Source: Bdellovibrionota bacterium (GTDB taxonomy: Bacteria; Bdellovibrionota; Bacteriovoracia; Bacteriovoracales; Bacteriovoracaceae). Taken from it: a stretch of DNA of 24,000 nucleotides. Of the stretch, positions 17,608-24,000 are shown piece after piece; the stretch's first letter is position 1; every line of letters begins with the position of its first letter. The stretch covers positions 105,858 through 129,857 of the forward strand of contig JAZKDZ010000003.1 in the NCBI GenBank assembly GCA_040387275.1, written 5' to 3'. The translations under genes were made by a program, and so were the position numbers. Below the pieces are notes generated by a model. The model had not been told where the DNA came from and did not search any database. It saw only the letters and a program-made list of their open reading frames with translations.

Positions 17608-19713
17608 CTAGGGAGTAGGAGCTTCAATCCCCGCACAGGCTTCTTCAATCTTCCGCTGCTTCCCTTTAAGCCCATTCGTGTAGAGATAAGCCTGCTCCGT
17701 CATGATTCTTTCGACGAAAGCATTAATCGACGTGAGTTCGCGAAGAGCGATCTCGGGGTCAATACTGATTCTGTCTCTGAGAGAGCTTACGGCAGCCTCG
17801 TGACGATTAGTTTCGCGTTCGAAGTCGGCAAAGAGTTGAGTGCGCTGTTGTTCGTAGGTTGAGTGTTTTTCAATACCCATCGGGATGAGTTCGCGATTAA
17901 AGCTCTGAACGAGTTGCGAGCGAGAGGCTTCTGGGAGCGCAGGGAATGCCGATCCAAGATTAAACTGCGGAAGGTTCTTGTCCTGAGTGACGAGAGTTTT
18001 ACAATAATCTCTGATGGCCTTTCTCTCAGGCTTTTGGTCGAGGCGATTGAATGAGTCTTCGCAATCATCTTCGATATCGTGACGGAGTTTCTTCGTGTCA
18101 CTGAGATTTCGTTCATAAAGACGACGGCGCTGACGATCCTGGGATCTTGATACGTCTTGATAGAGATCACCATCCTGAAGGCGATCAATGGCCTTCGCAG
18201 CATCGTTTTGATTGCGGGCGCGGGTATTGTTGAGGGCCGCTTCAGCTTTCAGAAGATTCGGACGAGCGTTCTGGAGCATGCCTTCGATTTCGGCCAGTTT
18301 CCGGAATGATTCACGAAGATCAGTACACATTTTTTGAAGTGGATTAGGGACATCGAGAATCGTCGCTAAACTTCTGTATTCGACGAGCTGACGATTGAGA
18401 TCGATCATCTTGTCAGCATCACGACAAGCTGTCGCGTCTTCGAGTTCAAATCCAGTTGTGATGATATTGCGCTGGAGATTTTCGAGAACATCACTGTTGT
18501 TGAGACGGAAACGAGCGTGAAGTTCCATACTCGCAAGAATGTTGTCGATACGTTTTTCAAGTTCTTCAGATAGTTTTGAACTCTGATCGTAGACCTGCAT
18601 TGCCTGATTGAATTCGCGAACCAGTTCTTCATCTTTGGCTCTTGCGAGATCTCCTGAAACCCAACGGGCCAGGAAAGTGACGGCAGATTTAATTCCGGCA
18701 ACAGCGAGGTTGGCTACTGAGGCACCAATCACGGCACCAGCAGCAGCAGAAGCGGAAAGGCGGGCGACGTGTTTGGGATCGGACATTTGCTCGCCGATGC
18801 GAAGAGCGCGGTCAGAGCGTTCCTCGACGATTTGTTGCCACTGATCGCTTTCGATCTGAGCAGAGGCTTGAGCGGAAACAATATTCTGGTTTGCGTTCGC
18901 CAGGTTTTGATTGAGTTGATCTGCTTGTTGATTGGAATTGGCCCAGTTCTGATTGGCCTGCGTTCCGATGACATTGATGTTCGCATCGATGTTGCCGGCT
19001 TGAGCAGCGATATTGGCGATACCATCCGCTCCGAGGTTAATGGAAGAATTGAGTGCACTCAATTGTTGGTTGCTTGAAGAAAGTTCAGTTTGAATGCCTG
19101 AGAGATCCATCCCTGCTAGAGCGGAATTGGTTCCTGAGACTCCGGAGTTAGCTGAACGACAAAGAAGAAGGCACGAAGGATTTCCTGCGCAACGAGAACA
19201 GTCTTCGGCAGCGTAAGCATCACTGATAATTTTATTGAAGAAGTGGTGGAACACCGATGTCGTTTTTTTATCGGTGAGATTGTGCTCGAGACGCTGGAAG
19301 AGTTCCACTTCGAGAGCGAGATTTCTTCCGTAGAACGGACGGTAGAAAGCGGATGAGACTTTGATTTGTTTTTCAGTTGTCGTGAGATGAATCACAACCT
19401 GGCGGCGAAGTTTCGGAGACCAACCCTCGTAGCGTTCGGTATCTTTGGTTTTTGTGTGCGAGAAACCTTCGAGCTGCATGGCCTTTTTAAGGGCATCGGG
19501 AATCATCGTCGTGGATTCTTTCTGCGAAGAAGGAATCTCGAAGATCGTCATCTCAGCGATCGAGTAATGAACTCCCTGCACATTCATCATCCGCTGATAC
19601 GTTCGGATTTTTCCTCCATCCTTTTTGGCGTCGAGACTCAGTTTCCACTTAGGAAGAGTTTCCGCAAATAGGGAAGAAGTGATGAAAAGAAGAAGGCAAA
19701 ATAAGGTTTTCAT
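17608..19713 (-). CDS. Exported coiled-coil hypothetical protein
   Basis: 701 aa; signal peptide MKTLFCLLLFITSSLFAE; Asn/Gln-rich segment; Cys-rich CSRCAGNPSCLLLC; long charged helices. Confidence 0.8.
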   Translation of the reverse strand: MKTLFCLLLFITSSLFAETLPKWKLSLDAKKDGGKIRTYQRMMNVQGVHYSIAEMTIFEIPSSQKESTTMIPDALKKAMQLEGFSHTKTKDTERYEGWSPKLRRQVVIHLTTTEKQIKVSSAFYRPFYGRNLALEVELFQRLEHNLTDKKTTSVFHHFFNKIISDAYAAEDCSRCAGNPSCLLLCRSANSGVSGTNSALAGMDLSGIQTELSSSNQQLSALNSSINLGADGIANIAAQAGNIDANINVIGTQANQNWANSNQQADQLNQNLANANQNIVSAQASAQIESDQWQQIVEERSDRALRIGEQMSDPKHVARLSASAAAGAVIGASVANLAVAGIKSAVTFLARWVSGDLARAKDEELVREFNQAMQVYDQSSKLSEELEKRIDNILASMELHARFRLNNSDVLENLQRNIITTGFELEDATACRDADKMIDLNRQLVEYRSLATILDVPNPLQKMCTDLRESFRKLAEIEGMLQNARPNLLKAEAALNNTRARNQNDAAKAIDRLQDGDLYQDVSRSQDRQRRRLYERNLSDTKKLRHDIEDDCEDSFNRLDQKPERKAIRDYCKTLVTQDKNLPQFNLGSAFPALPEASRSQLVQSFNRELIPMGIEKHSTYEQQRTQLFADFERETNRHEAAVSSLRDRISIDPEIALRELTSINAFVERIMTEQAYLYTNGLKGKQRKIEEACAGIEAPTP

Positions 19714-19784
19714 GGGCTACTTATCGGTAGATACCTGACAAGATTGAACAACTTTGTTTTGCCCGGAATATTAAGGGTTTAAGC

Positions 19785-19904
19785 CTAGTTTCCGCGGAAG
19801 AAGAACACCCACAGAACAAGACAAAGGAATCCTGGAACTCCAAACGCATAGAGGAGTAGAGGAGGGAGGACACGGCCTTCGGCATTGTTCAAAATCTCTT
19901 TCAT
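19785..19904 (-). CDS. Small single-pass membrane protein (not in ORF track)
   Basis: 39 aa read directly: MKEILNNAEGRVLPPLLLYAFGVPGFLCLVLWVFFFRGN*; GGAG Shine-Dalgarno about 7 nt upstream of ATG. Confidence 0.6.
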   Translation of the reverse strand: MKEILNNAEGRVLPPLLLYAFGVPGFLCLVLWVFFFRGN

Positions 19905-19999
19905 GAAATTCTCCGGATAGGTTAATCGACAGATAGGCTTCTGCGAAACTTATGCCGGCCAATAGCGGTAGTGTTTGATGTATTTTGAGTCAATATGCC

Positions 20000-20581
20000 T
20001 CAAGCAGAGCGCTTGAATTCCATGCGGGCGATTTCAAAGACGTGATCGGGATCGTAATCGAAGAGTTGAAATGCCTTCGCCCGGAGATACCAGGAGAAGC
20101 AAGGGAACTCATCTGCCATGGCATCGGCTACAGGGTGAATTGCCACGAGTCCCGCACTCATCGTGAAGTGACTTCCGTTTTTTACAGCGTGAAGTGTTTC
20201 AGATTTATTGGGATGAGGAAATTTTCCAGAATACAAATGATGAACTGACCATCCACTATCGTCTGTGCGACTCGGTCTTTCTCCACCTGCAAATAGATAT
20301 GAGGAAAGCGCAGGACCATTCGCCCTGTTGTAAGGAGCAATCCCTTCTTTCTTTAATTTGTGCGTGAGATTTTTTGGATACTGATGTTGTTTCTGATCGC
20401 GATTGCAGCCGGGCCACAAAAGGATTGAGTCTGTGGGAAATTTCACCCAGGAGTCGAGATCGGAAATGATAAGGAGAAGAGCAGCTTCAACAGCAGGAGA
20501 CTTGAGAAGGGCAACCTCAGATCGAAACCACTCATCGAGGTTCGAAAGATCCGGAGCTTGGGAAATATAGTTTTTCGCCAT
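20000..20581 (-). CDS. Conserved-looking hypothetical protein with His-rich HHLYSGKFPHP motif
   Basis: 193 aa; GWSVHHLYSGKFPHPNKSETLHAVKNGSHFTMSAGLVAIHPVADAMADE. Confidence 0.7.
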   Translation of the reverse strand: MAKNYISQAPDLSNLDEWFRSEVALLKSPAVEAALLLIISDLDSWVKFPTDSILLWPGCNRDQKQHQYPKNLTHKLKKEGIAPYNRANGPALSSYLFAGGERPSRTDDSGWSVHHLYSGKFPHPNKSETLHAVKNGSHFTMSAGLVAIHPVADAMADEFPCFSWYLRAKAFQLFDYDPDHVFEIARMEFKRSA

Positions 20582-20608
20582 TACCTTTCGTATCGGTTTA
20601 GTCGGGGA

Positions 20609-21589
20609 TTACTTGAGCTTGATCTGGCAGTGAACATCTCTGCAGTTTTCAATCGTTACCGGTGAAAGCCACACATTTCTCTGCTCTTCTGGAGATGAGC
20701 CGTCATCTTTAATTCCGTGAAAGAGGGCCCAGTGTTTGTTGTTCGCTTCAAAGAACGCAGCTCGCGCTCCACCCCACGTGAGTGGCATTTGTTTTTCGAT
20801 ATCGGACGCAAAGTCTTTCAGGTCTTTTTTATCGGGAGTGAGATACGGCTCGTAAGGACCCAGAAGATTTTTTGAGGCCATGATGTGAATGCCGTAATCA
20901 TCAGACGTGTAATCACCAGCGCTGAAGGAAATAAAATAAATGCCGCTGGCCTTGAATGGTCGCGGACCTTCGACGAGTTTTCCGCCGAATGATCTTCTCG
21001 CTCTCGCCCAGTCCTGGGAAAGTTTGAGAATCGGAATCTCAGGACCCGTGAGATGAAACGCATCTTTCATTTTGCGCGCGAATATTTCTGTGGTCCATGG
21101 AGAGTTGTTTCTTTCTTCCGTCACTTTTTCGTAGAACATGTAGCCGTCGATAATGTGATGACCGTAAGTGTGACCCAGCCAGGTGGGTTGTACCGGAAGA
21201 GGACCGGAGAGCGGATGCGGTTCGCGAACCCATTTGCCGTTTACATTTTTGAAGGCGTACACACGACGACTCCAGTCTTCACCTTCACCATCAATCACAC
21301 TGCCGTAAAGAACGCCGTCCGTAATGTTTGGATCCCAGATGTCTTCGTCAGCATTCTGAAGTTTGAAGTGCGAGAGTTTGGCGGCTTTACCGGAAAGAAG
21401 ATCGTCGATATTTTTCCACGTGAGAATAAATCCGCCGGTGGTGAAGACTTCGACTTTGTTCGCTGAAATTTTTGGAGGAGAGGGATCGCCGAAATCAAGA
21501 CCTTTCGGTAATGCGCCGGTTCCCGTGAGGGGAATCACGGCGTATGCGGAAAAAGAAATTGCGAGTGTGAGGAAAGCAAAAATGCGCAT
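20609..21589 (-). CDS. Exported glycosyl hydrolase family 43-like five-bladed beta-propeller protein
   Basis: 326 aa; signal MRIFAFLTLAISFSAYA; DPNI, EGPRPFKASGIYFISFSAGDYTSDDYGIHIMASKNLLGPYE typical of the GH43 fold. Confidence 0.65.
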   Translation of the reverse strand: MRIFAFLTLAISFSAYAVIPLTGTGALPKGLDFGDPSPPKISANKVEVFTTGGFILTWKNIDDLLSGKAAKLSHFKLQNADEDIWDPNITDGVLYGSVIDGEGEDWSRRVYAFKNVNGKWVREPHPLSGPLPVQPTWLGHTYGHHIIDGYMFYEKVTEERNNSPWTTEIFARKMKDAFHLTGPEIPILKLSQDWARARRSFGGKLVEGPRPFKASGIYFISFSAGDYTSDDYGIHIMASKNLLGPYEPYLTPDKKDLKDFASDIEKQMPLTWGGARAAFFEANNKHWALFHGIKDDGSSPEEQRNVWLSPVTIENCRDVHCQIKLK

Positions 21590-21606
21590 GCAAGGACGCT
21601 AGCACA

Positions 21607-23664
21607 TCAGCGGTCTTCTTTAAAGCAAACTCCGAAGTATCCTGGACCCGACTTAGTACGGCCTTCGGCCTTTAATGGGATTTGTGATAAGAATCCGGAA
21701 GTGGCAGAAGCTAACGGAATGCGGAAAGTCTTACTCATCGATTCGTTAATTGCTCCGTTAATGGCGTCAGTGACTTTTGCGCGGAGAAAAGGATCGGACA
21801 TCACACCCGTGCCGGTTCCTGTGACGAGGGCCCACGTGACTCGCGGTTGATCAATACAGAAGTCACCGTTGTGACAGGCCTTTGGTTTAAATGAAAGTGA
21901 GACGTTGAAGTCACCACTCACGTGAGCGCCGAACACTCCGAAGGGGAGAAGTTCTTTGCGACACTGTCTGAGTTTCAGGTCCGTTGAGTAGCGACCAGTG
22001 GAAGGTGCAAATTTAAGTTGAGGAGCTGCGTTCAATTTGCAACCAATGAGATCCGTCGGCAGGTAACAGTCTGTACCTTGTCCACCATTACACATGCGAC
22101 CTGATGACCAGAGAGTTCCGAGAACTTTGTTGAACTCATTGATATCGACGAAGGCCTGAATCGGACAATTCGGAATAGTTTGGTTGGCGTGAGTGGACGC
22201 AGTCGTTGCACTACACATGCCGGGAATCGAGAGACTGATGTTCCGGCGAACACCCGGAATGAGATCACCTATCACTTCAACGTTTTTGAATACATTATCC
22301 GCTTCACGTTTTCTTTCGATCTGAAGAACAAATGTATCGATGTTACGGATTAAAGTTCTGCGCTCATTAGTTACTTGTCTGATCTCTTCAGCGTTCAGTT
22401 CATTTGAGAGTTCCGATGTCTCAATCTGGGATTTCAAATTGATGAGACTCTTACGGATACTTTCTGAAACCACATTCGGGAAACGCTGAGATGGCCATGA
22501 GAGATCGTATTCCAGTGTCCAACCTTTCAGGAAGAACTGGATATCAGATGTGGTCGTGATTTTTTGTTTCGGATCGAGTCCTGCCTGCAGGCGCTCTGAA
22601 AATGTGACGTCGAGACCAAGACACGGGTGATTCGCCGGAATATCTTTTCCTGAGAAGACAAGATTACGGCACTGATAGAATGCAATGGATTGAGCGAGAA
22701 TAGGTTGTGTGTAACTGAGCTCACTCATGAAAGCCGAGCTATCAAGAACAAGTGGATTCTCACTTGATTCAACGGCCGCGAGAGATGTCGCCACCTGATC
22801 TTCTAAAACTTTGGCAAGAGCTTCAGCAATTGAGAGCTCAAGAGAATCGCGTAATGGGTGAAGAAGGACCGGCATGATTTCCGGAACAATAGATCTGAGT
22901 TCAGCCGGAGAGTAGCCATTAAGCCCCGAGACCTGAACATTCTTCGCGACGTTTCTAATGAGATCGTCGGAAATGAATGGCTCAGTACCCTGATGAACAA
23001 GTTTGACGTTGGAAATTGGCCGCGCCTGAGCGAGATCGATTTTCGCTGTGACACAAATGTCTTTTGCTTTATCGAGTGAGCCGCGGATATTTGTCACAAC
23101 AACAGAACGATCCGTGAGATTCGTTCCAGTCGTATCGAAATTAAATTGAGTGCCAAGATTAAGAGTGAGTTCAGTGATGCGGAAACAAAGGCGCGCATCT
23201 TTCCCCTGATAATCAATCGACTTGATATCCCACGCGAGTTTTTCAATCGTTACGGGTTGCGGGAAACCAATCGTGGTTCCGAAAACATCCTGAACGTTTT
23301 TACATTTCCCCACCTGGCGTGAGCCTTCGAAAAGGGGACACGGAAGATTGAAGCACAGGCGTTTTTTTAATTCGGGATTAAGGTCATGACGAAGACAGAG
23401 GTCTTTATCAGAGCAGTCCACACCTTCACGGGCGCATTCTTCTTTTTTCGGAGGAAGTGAGATGTCTTCAAGAGGATATGAGCGTTGAAGAAGGGAAGCG
23501 AGATTAGGAGCTACGTTACGGAGGACATTCAGCACAGTATTGCCGGCGACAGCGGTGACAGCACCTTGCGCGACAGAGACCCGCAGAAGCTGCGAGCGAC
23601 ACTGAGGAGCATCGAAGGCATGGGCCCCGGAAACGAGGAGAACAAGGAGGATAAGTGCTTTCAT
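21607..23664 (-). CDS. Exported Cys-containing hypothetical protein
   Basis: Track ORF ends 23706 (TTG start), but the ATG at 23664 begins the signal peptide MKALILLVLLVSGAHAF; mature part has many cysteine pairs. Confidence 0.75.
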   Translation of the reverse strand: MKALILLVLLVSGAHAFDAPQCRSQLLRVSVAQGAVTAVAGNTVLNVLRNVAPNLASLLQRSYPLEDISLPPKKEECAREGVDCSDKDLCLRHDLNPELKKRLCFNLPCPLFEGSRQVGKCKNVQDVFGTTIGFPQPVTIEKLAWDIKSIDYQGKDARLCFRITELTLNLGTQFNFDTTGTNLTDRSVVVTNIRGSLDKAKDICVTAKIDLAQARPISNVKLVHQGTEPFISDDLIRNVAKNVQVSGLNGYSPAELRSIVPEIMPVLLHPLRDSLELSIAEALAKVLEDQVATSLAAVESSENPLVLDSSAFMSELSYTQPILAQSIAFYQCRNLVFSGKDIPANHPCLGLDVTFSERLQAGLDPKQKITTTSDIQFFLKGWTLEYDLSWPSQRFPNVVSESIRKSLINLKSQIETSELSNELNAEEIRQVTNERRTLIRNIDTFVLQIERKREADNVFKNVEVIGDLIPGVRRNISLSIPGMCSATTASTHANQTIPNCPIQAFVDINEFNKVLGTLWSSGRMCNGGQGTDCYLPTDLIGCKLNAAPQLKFAPSTGRYSTDLKLRQCRKELLPFGVFGAHVSGDFNVSLSFKPKACHNGDFCIDQPRVTWALVTGTGTGVMSDPFLRAKVTDAINGAINESMSKTFRIPLASATSGFLSQIPLKAEGRTKSGPGYFGVCFKEDR

Positions 23665-23728
23665 GATCAGGGGAGTTGCAATCCCCTGACCAATTGAGCG
23701 TTTCAATTTACGGTGGTTTAGATCGGAA

Positions 23729-23753
23729 ACAGTGTCGAAGAATTAGACACTGT
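23729..23753 (-). terminator. Candidate intrinsic-terminator-like hairpin after the gene at the right edge
   Basis: Perfect 8-bp arms ACAGTGTC (23729-23736) / GACACTGT (23746-23753), 9-nt loop, 4 nt past the minus-strand stop at 23758-23760; the minus-strand T-tract is short (TTT), whereas the plus strand has CTTTTT. Confidence 0.5.
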
Positions 23754-23757
23754 CTTT

Positions 23758-24000
23758 TTACTTACAGGCCCCTAAGTAATCATTGTGCCGGATGTGGGAC
23801 TTGAGAGCAGGACAAGCGACAATGATTGCGTGCTCAGAACTTGAAGTCTGGTGGCAGAGTTTTACTTTCGAGATTCTCTTACTCTGACCATTCCCGCTGT
23901 AATTTTTCACGAGAAGATATTTCGGATCCAGGTCTTCACAATTCCCTTTGTAAGCTTCTTCCACAGTCGGTTCTTCTTCAACCACAACTGGTGGAACGGG
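23758..24000 (-). CDS. C-terminal part of a hypothetical protein truncated by the window edge
   Basis: Track starts at 23985 with a GTG, but the frame stays open to the edge (...PVPPVVVEEEPTVEEAYKG); probably the real start is outside. Confidence 0.6.
   Translation of the reverse strand, partial: PVPPVVVEEEPTVEEAYKGNCEDLDPKYLLVKNYSGNGQSKRISKVKLCHQTSSSEHAIIVACPALKSHIRHNDYLGACK

Noticed and set aside
17080-17611. Plus-strand ORFs 17264..17611 and minus 17080..17391
   Set aside because: Overlap the 106-aa ORF and lack RBS or sensible composition.
17482-19671. Numerous plus-strand and alternative-frame ORFs over the 701-aa gene
   Set aside because: Composition-driven shadows of one long signal-peptide-containing CDS.
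19771-19962. 63-aa minus-strand ORF in the track
   Set aside because: Atypical Cys/Pro-rich composition; a better supported 39-aa membrane-protein ORF with RBS lies in another frame.
20818-21602. ORFs antisense or out-of-frame to the GH43-like gene
   Set aside because: Shadows; no domain or RBS support.
1-24000. CRISPR array, tRNA/rRNA genes or IS element
   Set aside because: No regularly spaced direct repeats, cloverleaf, or transposase/integrase sequence was seen on manual reading; a systematic tool run (tRNAscan-SE, CRISPR finder, ISfinder) was not possible.

Overview
The window looks like a Bdellovibrio/Bacteriovorax-type (Bdellovibrionota-like) chromosome segment. This host assignment is an inference from protein style only. 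Roughly the first 15.5 kb is visibly AT-rich and accessory, with a dense group of nucleic-acid-processing genes. (a) On the minus strand, a radical SAM (SPL-like) gene overlaps an ASCH-like gene. (b) On the plus strand lies a compact four-gene cassette: a 334-aa protein with a basic N-terminus and possible SAP-like motif, a membrane-anchored DUF4041-like coiled-coil/GIY-YIG (T5orf172/MUG113-type) protein, a long McrB-type AAA+ GTPase, and McrC. (c) Converging on it from the minus strand is a three-gene group: an alkyladenine-DNA-glycosylase-like protein, a DUF2779 protein, and a PD-(D/E)XK_4-type nuclease. These are followed by a Gly-rich lipoprotein metallopeptidase, a small exported protein and a WYL-type regulator. 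From about 15.6 kb onward the sequence is more GC-rich and looks like ordinary chromosome, with exported hypothetical proteins and a GH43-like beta-propeller. I also found three short hydrophobic ORFs missing from the ORF track (28, 51 and 39 aa), at least two with good Shine-Dalgarno sequences. The best candidate for an undescribed system is the McrBC cassette with its two accessory proteins, possibly extended by the convergent glycosylase/nuclease operon. No CRISPR array, rRNA, tRNA or transposase was recognised.
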